Notes under the pieces: model-generated
The model's input: only the letters and a program-made list of their open reading frames with translations
The model's database searches: none
Told to the model about the DNA's origin: nothing
From: the human T2T-CHM13v2.0 reference genome, Homo sapiens
Length of the DNA stretch: 64,000 bases
Reading direction: 5' to 3' (one strand)
Assembly: GCF_009914755.1 (NCBI RefSeq)
Contig: NC_060933.1
Shown: positions 13,351 to 26,588 of the stretch, piece after piece
Layout of the letters: every line of letters begins with the position of its first letter
How positions within the stretch are numbered: position 1 is the stretch's first letter
Program-made: the position numbers and the translations under genes

Positions 13351-14328
13351 TGAAGTAGGATATTTCCTTGACCCTTTCATGGGACTCGCCATAGTGGTGC
13401 CTCGTTTATCCATCCTACAGCTTTCAGCTCCTCATGGTAGGGAGCATACAAGTGAATGAGGCGGGAACTGGAGTGGATGAACGCTGTAACCACCAGCCAG
13501 CCACTTCGGTGCCAGCAGGGGTGAACTCCACTCACCCAGACCCACTGCCTTCCACCCCTCACTGAAAGGAGCACCCAGGGGAAGGGGTACAGGAGCTGGG
13601 GTGAGTGCTTTGGGGCATCGGCAGGAACCAAACCCTTTGCAGGCCCCACAGTAGTGTCTGACGGGGTGCCTGCAACCCCTAAAGCCCCAGAGGGAGTGTT
13701 CCAGTGCTCTTTTAGCTCTGCTGTCTACAGACGCTTAAGTGTTAACAGCTCCTTGGGCCCTTTGCCTTTTCACTTGAGGCAGCTGCTTTCCACCAGTGAG
13801 GGCAAAGGTCAAGTGTGACGGCCTTTTGTATCCACACTTATGGGCACCTTAGCTCTTGTGCAGCATCCAGGAGAAATGAGGTCACATGAATAAATCAAAG
13901 GACGGTAAATGTGGGGGATTTTATTGCCAATGAAAGTGGCTCTCAGCAGGAAGGGGAGGTGAAAAGGGGAGGGGACGGGAAGGTAGTCTTCCCCTGAAAT
14001 CTGGCCATCTCCAGCCAGATTATTCTCTGAGATTACCCTGTCAAGCTGTCCGTCTGAAGTCAAGCCACTTCTCTCTGACATCCAGACGCAGTCTTCAACG
14101 TCCAGCTGCTTCTCCTCTTTCTGCTGGCTGAGTATGGGGTTTTTATAGGCACAGGATGAGGCAGGGAGGGGCTCAGGTGGTTTTGGAAAAGGCAACATTT
14201 GAGCAGGAAAACAGGGAAGTAAGTTCTCACTTTGGGCTGCGGTATCAGGGTTTTCGGCTTAAGGGTCAAGCTTTCACCAGGGACCCACCCTTTTCTGCCT
14301 AGAATATCTCTGCCTCCTGTCCCCATCA
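13351..14328 (-). repeat. 5' LTR of the ERV (LTR28-like)
   Basis: TG...CA termini on the minus strand, TATA-like CCTATAAAAA, followed by the PBS. Confidence 0.88.
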
Positions 14329-14501
14329 GTGGAAGGGACAAGTAGTCCCTCTGGGTCTCTTTTATAAGTATTAATCTCATCCATGAGGGCTCTACACCCA
14401 TGAACTGATCACCTCCCAAGGGCCCTACTTCTTAATTCTGTCACCTTTGAAATGAGAATTTCAACATATAAATCTTGGGAGGACACAAATAGACCATAGT
14501 A
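14329..14501 (-). mobile_element. MLT1A-type LTR, right part
   Basis: Resumes the MLT1A sequence (CTCTTTTATAAG..ATCACCTCCCAAGGGCCC..GACCATAGTA). Confidence 0.85.
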
Positions 14502-15500
14502 GAAGCATTAAACATAAAAAGAAAAGATTGATAAATTTGCCCATATTAAAATCAAGAACTTTCTGTCCATCAAACATTACAATAAAGAGAATGAAAAGGC
14601 TAACCAAAACAGCGAGAAAATGTTTGTAAACAACATAATTAATATATTAAAAGATCTACATGTCTTAAAACAGGAAAACAATCATACAGAAAAATAGGTA
14701 AATCATGTGGGCAGGTATCCTCTAAGAGAGAAAACACGAATGGCTAATAAACATGTAAGAAGTTTCCTAGCCTTATTAGTAACCAGAAAAATGAAAACTA
14801 AGACCATAATAAAGTGCTATTTTTCCATCTACAAAACTGGCAAAAAGTCGGAAGTCTGAAACACCAAGCATTGGCAAAAATATGGATAAGCATATACTTT
14901 ATATTCTGATGGTGGGAATGTAAATTAGTAACAATGCTGCAAAACACTTTGGCATTATTATGTAGAGATAAACCTTCTCATGACCTGCAATCTGGCAATT
15001 CCACTCCTAGGTAATCTTGAACTTCCCAGCCTCCAGAACCGTGAGAAATTCTTGCATGTGTGCAGCAAGATCTAAATAAAAGAGTGATCATAGAAGTATT
15101 GTTTATAGTAAAGGAAATGAAATAACTCAAGTGCCTGTCTGTTAGGAGAATGGAATTAGGTCCTATTCACACAATGGAACAAGATAGTTGAATCTTGAAA
15201 ACAAAATTGTGAATGAAAAAGTTCCAGAAAACTGCACATATTATGAATCAATTTTTATAAATTGCAACACAAACAAAACTAAACAATATGTAGTTTTAGA
15301 GGTATACACTTATAGATACATTTTTGTATAAGGCAAGGGAATGATCAACAAAATTCAAGGTAGTGTTCATCTCTGTGATATAGAGAAAGTTCTGGGATAG
15401 CAGAGAATAATATTTTTAGAAGCAAACATCCTGGAAAAGTTCTGATCTCTAGTGAGGTGGAAAGTTTAGGGGAGTTTATTTTATTACTATGTTTCCATGT
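14502..15500 (+). mobile_element. Old L1 continuation (ORF2 end and 3' UTR)
   Basis: AAAAGATTGATAAATTTG..., GGTGGGAATGTAAATTAGTA, GCAATTCCACTCCTAGG. Confidence 0.75.
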
Positions 15501-15619
15501 GTCAAATATTAAACAACAGCAAAAACTAAAGGTCACACATTACACCAAGAAAACATATATAGAATAAAAACATTCAAATACTTCCGATTAATGTTTTTTA
15601 ACTTTAAAAATCAAGATAG

Positions 15620-16158
15620 TTATTCAGTGCTAAAAGAAACAAGATTACAAGCCATGAAAAGACATGGAGGAGGCTTAAGTGCATATTAGTAAGAGAAAGG
15701 AGCCAGTCTGAAAAGGCTGCTTCCTGTGTGATTCCAACTATATGATATTATGGAAAAGGCAGAACTATGAAGAAAGTGAAAAGATCAGTGGTTACTAGGG
15801 ATCGTAGGGAAGAACAGATGAATAGGTAGAGAACAGAGGATTTTCAGGGCAGAAAAACTACTCCATAAGATACCATAATGGTGGATACATGTCATTGTAT
15901 GTTTGTTTGAACCCACAGAATGTCCAACACCAAGGTGAATCCTTGGAATTTGGACCTGGGAGATAATAATGGATCTGTGAATTTTGGGTAATAATAATGT
16001 GTCAGTGCAGATTCATTGATTGTAACAAATGCTTCCCTCTGGGACAGGCTGTTGATGGTAGGGGAGGCTATGCATGGGGGAAGAAGGGACACATGGGAAC
16101 TCCGTACTTCTGTTCAATTTTGCTGTGAACCTAAAACTTCTCTAAAAAAGAAAGTCTA
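15620..16158 (+). mobile_element. L1MC1-like 3' end
   Basis: AAGCCATGAAAAGACATGGAGG...GCCAGTCTGAAAAGGCT...GTGAACCTAAAACTTCTCTAAAAAAGAAAGTC. Confidence 0.8.
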
Positions 16159-16189
16159 GTGAAAGAGGGGAAAGTGAAGATTTCTGAAG

Positions 16190-16715
16190 CAACAAAAGGA
16201 AAAAAGATCAAGTTGTCCTTAGACTTCTCACAGTAGAATTTAGTATCAGAGACTGTGCAGAAATAGTCACACAGTTCTCTGGGAAAGAAAAGTTTGGCTC
16301 AGCCAGCTGCCATTCAAATTTCAACACAAAAGGCATTCTCATATATAAAAGTCTAGAAACATAGCACTCATGAACCTTTCCTGCGGAAAAAAAAACTAAT
16401 TGTTGCCAAAATCCAGTCAACTGGAGATTAAGTAAAGAATTTAGATACTGGGAAGTCCTTGTTAAGAACAATGGATCCACCTTAATATAGAACTAAGAAT
16501 AACAACTGAGAAGACCGTGGTTACAAAATAGAAGACAATTGTAAACTCTGACCAAAAACCAAACCAAAACAAAAAACTAAAGAAGAAAACACAATAAAAC
16601 AACAAACAAATAGTAGATGTAAAAGGGGAAGATAATAGCATTGCTATTCTCTATTTCATAGCAGAGCATCATATTGCCAACAACTGAATTGAACTAGCTA
16701 AATAAAAACACACAG

Positions 16716-16765
<50 letters not shown>

Positions 16766-17160
16766 CACAGCTTAATGGTCTTCATGGTGCAATTTCTTTT
16801 TTAAAAGGCTCTTCCACAAATTACCATCTTGAGTAGTAAATAAAAATTTTGTAAAAATTAACAATTCCTTCTGTTTTAGTTCATTTTCTTTTCTTCTGCC
16901 AAATTAAAAATTTTTTTAATGACTTCTTATTAAAACACTGTAAGTAGTGTTATCCCATTTTTGTCAACTGATTTTTTCTCCCTATCTTTCCACATGACTT
17001 CTATAATTTCTTCTATCTATGTAGACATTCATCCAGTAACACTGATAATTTCTGGTACTGATATTTGAGGTGATTTGTTGCTTTTTTCATATCTTTTTCA
17101 AATTATTTGAATTGTTTATAGTATATGTTTCATTTTAAAGTGTAGCAACAAAGTAATTAC
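16190..17160 (+). mobile_element. Possible ancient L1/HAL1-like relic
   Basis: ORF1-end-like TAGACTTCTCACAG and an L1-like AT-rich 3' end. Highly degenerate. Confidence 0.35.
16708..16764. repeat. (CA)n microsatellite
   Basis: About 23 uninterrupted CA units after a short imperfect lead-in. Confidence 0.97.
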
Positions 17161-17554
17161 TTAAAAATAGTTTATTTTTTGTTAAATGGAGAAATAAAAC
17201 ATTTGAAGGTTTTTCATGTCAGTGGATTAATTTAGTGCTGTGGTAATGCATAAAGTTGCAATATTCTTAAAAGAAAAACTCTGCATTATGTTCACATCCC
17301 TCACAACATCATGCACAAAGCAAATGTCAAATGTTTCTTAAATAAAATTCCATAGTATTTGTCTATTTTTCTTTTAGATTTGAGAATAGCCTAAGAAAAC
17401 AACACCTCTAAGAAATCATCATTTAAGTACTCCTCTACAAAGATTCCTATTGAAGTTCATTGACTGTGTCTCCTCAAATCACAACTTCCACAGTTTGTCT
17501 CTAGGTGGACACTAAACGCTGGATAATCATCTTTTGAATCTACACTCAAACAAT

Positions 17555-18140
17555 CATTTCATTTATTTCTCCTTTAATTTAGTCATCAAGTATTTATTGA
17601 GGACCTATTGTACATAAGTATCTTCCCATGTATGCATACAGCACCGAATAGAAAAGTCTCTCTACTTAAAAAATTTACATTTTTATTTACAAAGGAAATC
17701 GATATATAAATTTTCAGATGGTAACAATGCTATGAAAAATGACAACGTAGAGGACATAGGGTGGTTTCAGAAGACCTATTTGATAAGGTGACATTTGAGC
17801 AGAAGACATGAGTGACCTGAAGGCATGAAATATGTGGATATCTTGAGGAAGATCCTTCCAGACAAAAGATTCAAGTGCATAGTACAAGGGTTGATCACAG
17901 GTGTTGGCCTGAGCAAAGAAATGAATGAAGGTACCATTTAGTGTGATGAAGACAGGTTTCACAGGATGGGTGGAGCAGAAGTGTATGGAAAATTAAGAGT
18001 TTAGTTTTAGATATGTTTAGTTTGAGATGCCCATTAGGCAACCAAACTGAAGGGTTGAGTAAACAATTGGATAGATGAGTCTGGAAGTCAAAGTACATGT
18101 TAAGCAAATAGTTGGATATATGAGATTGTAGGTCAAAGCA
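17555..18140 (-). mobile_element. L2 fragment
   Basis: ATTTATTGAGGACCTATTG; GGTGACATTTGAGCAGA; GTTTTAGATATGTTTAGTTTGAGATGCC. Confidence 0.75.
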
Positions 18141-19914
18141 CATGTATAATTAAATTTAAAATATATATAAAGCTGAGTAACGTAACACAGGTTAAAATAA
18201 TAATGAACATTCTTCCCTACCAAATAGTCCACTGCTTTCAAAATAGAAAATAAATTTCAAGAACAGTTTTCTTTCTAAGCAGTTTACTCTTTCAATGTAT
18301 GTACAGGGAGAAAAATTTCTGGTTCAAAGCTGTGGTGGGATTGTCCTTCTGTGTGGTAATTTTAAGCAGCAAAGCAGGGGCTTATCAATAAGACTTTGCA
18401 GAACGGAGGTGAGATCCTTTGCCTTATTGAACCCTGTGCTTGCTCGCCTGGCTGTGCACAGCATTCTGTCATACCCAGTGTTTTTCAAACATAAAGGCCC
18501 TGCAGGTTGAAGAGTCACTGTGTCCTTGGAACCAGTGCTTTGACAAGCCAGTTTGCTCCTGCAGTGTGTTTTCAGTGGAGCAGAATAACAAAGAGAAAAT
18601 TCTGCCAATTAGTGAATGATGGTGGGCTGCAGGGCAAACTGTGCAGAAGCTCAGTGGCAATTGCACCTAAAGACAGGAACATTCCATTCCCTCTCCATCT
18701 TTGTCTCATATGGCTCAAATGCCAAGGTTTCATGCTAATGTTAGTCCCAAGCAGCACCTCAGCAAGACCTCCTCTTTCTGCCCTCCCACTTCTGATTAAT
18801 ACTGAGGTTAGGGGATCTGTGGATTTCAGTTAGGCTCCACGTTGTGACTCGTGGCCAAAATTTGGCCCCAACAGCAACTAAAACTTGTGACCTTGTGGAA
18901 ATCCAAGCTACATGAAACAATTCAGAGTATGGAATATTATAACTCTTCCTATGTAGAAAATAAGCACCATTCCCATATGCCTCACAAAAAGGCAGGGATA
19001 CATGTCATACAAAATGTTTATCACAAGGATGTCTAGATATAGGGATAAATGATAGACATTACCCATTTGGAAGCAAGAAGCTATGTATTATGTCCATTGT
19101 GCAGAATTTATAAGTAAAATCCAAATGTAAACTGAGGTTTCCATGACCTTTGCAGATCTCAGTGTTGACTCAGACTCAACCCCCTTCTTCCCATTCCATG
19201 GCCAGAGACAATCCAAGATCTTCCTCCTGTAATTTCAATTGGTCCTAAAATCTTTAATTCTTCATGGTCCTCTCTATCCCTGGTACCTGTGTTCACTTGC
19301 ACTGTCTCTCCTTTCCCCCACGTCAACTCATACTCAAAATTGAAACCTTTCATTAACTTTCACAAAACAGATTTACTCCCACAAAACATCTTGTGGGTTT
19401 AGTGGCTTTACTAGATTCAAAAGGTAGCAGGCGGGTTGCGGGGGTCAGGTAGTGGGAGGGGCATTGCACATTGTTCACTACACAGCTTTGGTAATCTCAC
19501 TGGCTTTATCCCTGCTCTCCTCCCCCTCCTTCACCCCCAAGGCCAAATGCATTTTTTACTGGTCTTGGGCAGAGTAGTTGCATTATCTTCTTCAAAGACT
19601 GGATGCCAACAGCCAATAACCGTGCCTCATAGGGACTTGCTTATCTGCAACAAATTTATCAGTGTTTTAATCCCAATAGAAAGTAACTCTCTTTTTAAGT
19701 AAAAATCTAAAATTAGCTGCCAAGAAACATCATTTTCTCCATCTTATTACATCAGACTCGAATTAATTTTCTGTTATGTAAAACTTCTACTTTTTGGTGG
19801 GAGGGAGATTTGCATGAAAGTTAGGTTAGTGTTTCTTAATTCTGCATCCAGAATTTAGAACCCCTGAGTTCTGCATTGTGCCTTTTGGCATAGGTGCCAC
19901 TTGTCTATTGAACC

Positions 19915-20081
19915 AGTTGTTCTCAATCTTGGCTATGTTCCTTAGAATTACTTGATGTGCTTTCAAAAATCCTAATGGCCAGGATCACTCTAAGCCAATT
20001 TCTTGTGAGTGGGATCCAGATATTAGCACATTTCAAAGCTTTCCAGGTAATTTTTATGTGTGTTCAATGATGAAGTCCATT
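19915..20081. mobile_element. MER5-type hAT MITE
   Basis: CAGTTGTTCTCAATCTTGGCT...TTAGAATTACTTG...AAAGCTTTCCAGGTAATT. Confidence 0.6.
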
Positions 20082-20361
20082 ATACTAGATCTTCACAAAT
20101 CTAAACAGAAGAAAGAAAAAAGGAATTACTAGGAGTTTGAGGTCAGATGAGTTTTATATGTAAGGAAGAGTCTATGAAAGCAAGGAAGGTGAAATAGCAA
20201 AAATCCTTTGAAAGAGATGTGAAATTAGTCTGCACACAAAACCATGGATAAGAAGACAAATTGTCCAATATGTCCACCAAGGTATTTCAACTTACTCTAT
20301 ATTGCCTCATGAATTTGGGAGGGGACAAAAACATTCACACCATAGCAATTCCTAATAGGAT

Positions 20362-20739
20362 TGTTATGGTTTGAATGTTTTTGTCCCCTCCCAAATTCAT
20401 GATGAAACTTAATCCCAATGCAATAGTATTCAGGTGATTGGGTCATGAGAGTTCCACTGTTATGAATAGGATTAGGTGCTCTAACAAAAGGGCTTGAGAA
20501 GGGAGTTCACACCCTATTTTGCCCCTTCTGTTTCTTCTGCCCTGTGAAGACACAGTACTTTTCCCTCCAGAGGGTGCAGCAACAAGGCACCACCTTGGAA
20601 ATGGGGAGACTAAACGGCACCAACCAGTGTCTTGATCTTGTACTTCCCAGCCTCCAGAACCATGAAGAATAAATTTCTTTTGTTTGTAAATTACCTGGTC
20701 TGTGGTATCTTGTTATAGCAGCACAAATGGACTAAGACA
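20362..20739 (+). mobile_element. MaLR solo LTR (MLT1A/MSTD-like)
   Basis: TGTTATGGTTTGAATGT...CTTCCCAGCCTCCAGAACC...GTTATAGCAGCACAAATGGACTAAGACA. Confidence 0.88.
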
Positions 20740-21794
20740 GGGTCTTCCCTTATTAAAAAATTGCCTAATATAATGTGGGGGGAAAAAGGAGATAGAATTT
20801 GCTTGACAAAATGTGCTGCATACCCAATTCAACTAGAATTTGTCCATGGCTGAGCTAATTCTCCTCCTCTGCTTTTCACTTATTTCTCTTTTTCTGCCTC
20901 CTAATTATTCAAATCTGCTTGATTAACTCCTGCCTCCTTGAGTTCCAGTTATTCCTCTTAATGCAGAAACAACACAAGAAACAGAATACATTTATTTTAT
21001 TAATTCACTATAATTTATTGAACATATATTGATAAACATTGTCCTAACCATTCACTTTTTTTTCTGTTTTAGAACCATCTCCTCACACCCCACCATCTAT
21101 AAATGTGTATTTTTTCTTTGTATTACTTTCATGTTAAATAAAATATGACTGCTTTATTCTTTTACAAAACTGAATACAAATTTGCGAAGCATGTAATGAC
21201 TACAACAATCGTCATTACTTATGTTACATATGTTGTCCCTCCCATGTAAACACTATAAATCTTTGCAATATGTTTATTTTCTAGATATATTCCTTGGTGG
21301 AGAGAAAATTTCAAATGCTGACGTGGCAGGTATGTCAAATGTTAACTTTTTAAATGAATTAATAAATTTATCCTCAAAAACTAACATTGATAACCCTCAT
21401 GCTATTCACCCCAAGTGCTCTGCTCAGTATATATGTATTAGGTGGATAACACATTATTCTTACCTTTGCTAGACTTTATTAAAGACTGGTGTGTTTTCTG
21501 CTATAAGAGTATTCTGAAGGCATTTTTAGATGATTTTGTTGGGTATCATTGCTTGTGTCCTGAGAACTACTGTCATGCTCTTTTTATAAGAATGCCTGCT
21601 CTGAAACTCTTCGTAAAATTTCTCTGCATTGTTATAATACACATGTTAGTATGAACTGATTCTGCAGTGCAACCATGCTTTAGGTAATCTTGCTGTCTTA
21701 TTCATTCCCATGTCACAGGGCCCTCACGCTACAATTTACACATGAATTGGTTATAGTTGATGTGATTCATGAGCCAGATTTCCTTTTGAGGGCT

Positions 21795-22340
21795 GATGTA
21801 CTTATTCTCCCAGCTAAGCAGAAATGCCGGCTGCTGAAAGCTTACAGCTGAGTCCTCCTCTAAGAGTCGCCCTTCCAAAGAGAGTCACTTCACCTAAGGT
21901 TAGACCCCCAGTCCAGAGGCAGCCCACATCCAGTGACTGGTCTAGGCAAGGCCACAAAGGTCTGAGTCCTTGTTTCAATTCAGGACAGCTGGAAAGGCCC
22001 ATCTCAGCACCAGGGCTTCCCATGGTTGTGGCTCAGGTCACATTTGCAACTACATTGCTTTTCAACTTCTCCTTCTGTTCAGTCCTGATTCCCTCACTGT
22101 TTACAGGGATTGTTTCTAAGAGGATTCCCAAGTAAATCTCCTATAGACAGATTACCCGTAGAGTCTTTCCTGGAAACCAACCTAAGATGGTTGGCACCAT
22201 AAATGGTCCTAGGAAAGCACCTCTAAAATGAGGTTTTCAAAGTGAATCACCTGATGAGCTGGCTTGTAATAAGGACCACATCACAAGTTGTAGGAGGACT
22301 ATTGACAGATTTTGGCATGCTGAAGCCATGCAGTTGTTTC
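21795..22340 (+). mobile_element. LTR16 (LTR16C-like, ERVL) plus start of internal sequence
   Basis: GGCAGCCCACATCCAGTGACTGG; LTR end AACCAACCTAAGA followed by GTTGGCACC...TGGTCCTAGGAAAGCA. Confidence 0.7.
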
Positions 22341-22549
22341 AGCTTTCTTCCATTAAAACGTTTGCTTCTTCAAACCAAGGGGAGAAAATCTCTAGTGCAT
22401 GCCAGCTAGACTATATTACATTATAGTCTATAATATAATATTAGATTATATATGCCATAAATGTAACACATGTATTTTTATGTTTGTACATATACATGTG
22501 TTATATTTATGGCATATTATATACATAATATACATATATATCCAATAAT

Positions 22550-22692
22550 GAGGGTGACAGCTCATCATCTTTGCCATATTCTATTGGTTAGAAGCAAGTC
22601 AGAGATCTTGGCCACACTTAAGGGGAGGGGATTATATGGGGCATAACAGAGGAGATGGATCATGGGGCCAGCTTAGAATTCTGCCTACCATA
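22550..22692 (-). mobile_element. Old MLT1 (H/J-like) LTR fragment
   Basis: TGCCATATTCTATTGGTTAGAAGCAAGTCA...TTAGAATTCTGCCTACCA. Confidence 0.6.
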
Positions 22693-23196
22693 GTGTTTTT
22701 TTCTTTTGCACTTAATGTCTTTCTAAGTAAAGAAAAATTAAATTTTTAAATTATTATCAGGAATTTCACCATTTGTTATGATATTGCACAATGTCAGTTT
22801 TAAAATACAAATATGAGAGCATTTAACTCAGATGTGAAAACACCAAAATTATACAATTCCCATTTCATAGCTCTTACGTGCCTATGCCTTTTACTCTTAC
22901 CAAAACATTGGAAATACTGCTTAAAACTAACTCAGCTGGATGTTTGTTTTTTCTGCTTGTTAAGCACACATTCAACCAACATTCTCTACTGTCAGCTTAC
23001 TGATGAGTAAGAAAAGACTGAAAATAAACTATAGTCGTCCCGTCTTACCCTTTCCCTCTATGCACATTTTAAGCGTTAGTGGTTGGCTAAAACAGGGAAG
23101 TAAGCTGGGTAAGAAGGGACATGAAAGGGTTTCTTGGTCATTTAGCTTCTTAGAACACCATTGCCTTTTTTCTGTATTCATAGCAAGCTCTGGCTC

Positions 23197-23558
<362 letters not shown>

Positions 23559-23760
23559 TAAACATAATATAATTAGCCTTGTATTTGCTTTGAGTCCCTC
23601 TGAACTCCCACATGTCATGGGTCCACTGGAATTTCATATTCATGGGACATCACAATTACTATATGTAAAAGTGGCAGCAAGGAACAGCAGACACACATAT
23701 TGCACGTGTGTCCTTTGTAAACAAATGCTTTCTTGTCTCATTGAAATTTATTTCTGAAGT

Positions 23761-24486
<726 letters not shown>

Positions 24487-24869
24487 AAAGCACAAGTTCA
24501 AAGATATAAAGTTATTACGAATTTCAAGATGGCAATAATAGAGTATTAAATTTCATGCAGGGCCTTTCTGAGCATGGTGCCTTAGGCGACTGCACAAGTT
24601 ACATGCCCGTGAAGCAGACTTTGCATCCTGTCCAAGTCAAGTCTTTAAATTTTTGCAGCCCTGACTGATGTCTAATCTAACCTTATGAAATAGCAAACCA
24701 GAAACACCTCAAGTGAGCCTCTCCCAAATATGTGACCCATAGGAACTGTAAGAAATAATAAATATTTATTATGTAAAACAGATAACTGATATATGAGTCT
24801 CAGTAAAGTGCAGACTCATAGATTATAATTCAGAGTCAGGTTGTGCCCCAAGAATATACATTTTAGCAA

Positions 24870-25645
24870 TAATCCCAACCATCAGGAAAATGCAAACCAA
24901 ACCACAGTGAGGTACCACTTCAGACCCACTAGGCTGGCTATATTGAAAAAGATAATAACAAGCGTTGGTAAGGATGTGGAGGAATTAGAATCCTCACACA
25001 CTGCTGGTGGGGATACCCAATGGTACAGCCACATTAGAAACAGTCTGGATATTCCTCAAAATGTTAAACATAGAGTTACCATATGATCCAGGAATTCTAT
25101 TCCTAAGTATATACTCAAGAGATTTGAAAATATGTCTCCACAAAAATCTCGCACACAAATGTTCACAGCAGCATTATGCATGATAGCCCCCAAGTTGAAA
25201 ACAATCCAAATGTCTGTCAACTGATAAGTGAATAATACATGTGGTACATCCATACAATGGAATATTATTCAGTAATAAGAAGAAATGCAGTATTGATACA
25301 TGCTACAACATAGATAAACCATGAGAACATTCTGCTAAGTGAAAGAACCCAGTCACAAAACACCAAATATATTATGATTGTGTTTATGTAAAATGTCCCC
25401 AATAAGTAAATTCATAGAAAAGAAAGTAGATCAGTAGTTGCCTAGAGCTAAGGGGGTTGGGGGGATATAGAGAGTGACCCCTAATGGGTAGGGGGAGTTC
25501 TTTTGAGGATGGTGAAAATGTTCCAAAATTGATTGTATTGGTGGTTGCATAACTGTGAAAATACTAACAACCATTGAATTGTACACTTTAAACGAGTGAA
25601 ATATATGGTATGTAAATTATATCTCAATAAGGCTATTATAAAAAA
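24870..25645 (+). mobile_element. L1MB-type 3' end
   Basis: GAAAATGCAAACCAAACCACAGTGAGGTACCACTTC...GTAAATTATATCTCAATAAGGCT. Confidence 0.85.
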
Positions 25646-26588
25646 TCCTCATATTCTTCTAATGTCAACAGTCTAATTGCCACATTTAACAAATGCCACT
25701 CTAGACTTTTAAAGTTGATGTTCATTTAAAATAAAAAGCATTACTGTAGTACTTCTAATAATGTTCTTATTAGGTTCACCACTTACACCTTTCTACAGAG
25801 AAAATATAACACGAGACAGTGAGGTAAAACTTGGAGTAGAACAGATCTTTAACTTCAATCCAAAATGACTTTTAACTCATCCAACTTTCTTGGCAAAGAA
25901 CAAAAATAATGACAATAGCAGTAAGGATTGAAATGAACCCTCAAGAAGAGAACAAGTGTGTCAGAGAGAGAAAGAACATTAGTAGTTCCTTTTCAGAGGC
26001 TGTAAAGAGGAGGCTTAATTTCTCCATGAAGTGGCTTTCTTGCTCATTCTTAAGACACTCTGGTGAGGCCTGGACACCATGAGTGTCATTCATTTTGCTT
26101 TCTCTTTGAGATTAGTGAGAGTCTCTTCTTTAGCTGGGACAGAATGACAAGAAACAGGATGCATCTTATAATTTCAGTGAAAGCAGTTTTTATTCTGACT
26201 TAGTTTTTGTTGATGCCTAGCATTCCATCTCTTGTCTGTAGAGCTTGCAGACACAGTAATTATTTAATTGCTTGAGCTCTATTTGTCATATGTACGGTTT
26301 AAGCTCTATTGAAGCTGAAGCTGAACTTGTAGAGAGAAAAGCAAGAGGCTTTTTGCAATGAAGAGCTTTCCTCTTGAGGTCGGCATAATCCTTCCTTTCT
26401 TGTACAAAATGGGGAATGTTAAAAAGTCATCCCATTTCCACCTTCTATTCTTTAACCATAAAATCTGAACTCTTAAAATAACTAGTCTTTAAAAAATGTT
26501 TTGCCTCTATACAATGTATAGAAACACTTGCCTCCCTCTCTGTCTCTGTCTGTCTGTCTTTCTAGATATAGCTATAGATACAGATATA

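Larger units (their letters stand above)
9096..14328 (-). mobile_element. Internally deleted class I ERV provirus with two LTRs (LTR28/HUERS-P group, PBS-Pro)
   Basis: Two colinear ~975-bp LTRs (9096-10068, 13351-14328), PBS-Pro, gag/IN/env remnants, and a 4-bp TSD ATGG/GTGG. Confidence 0.9.
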
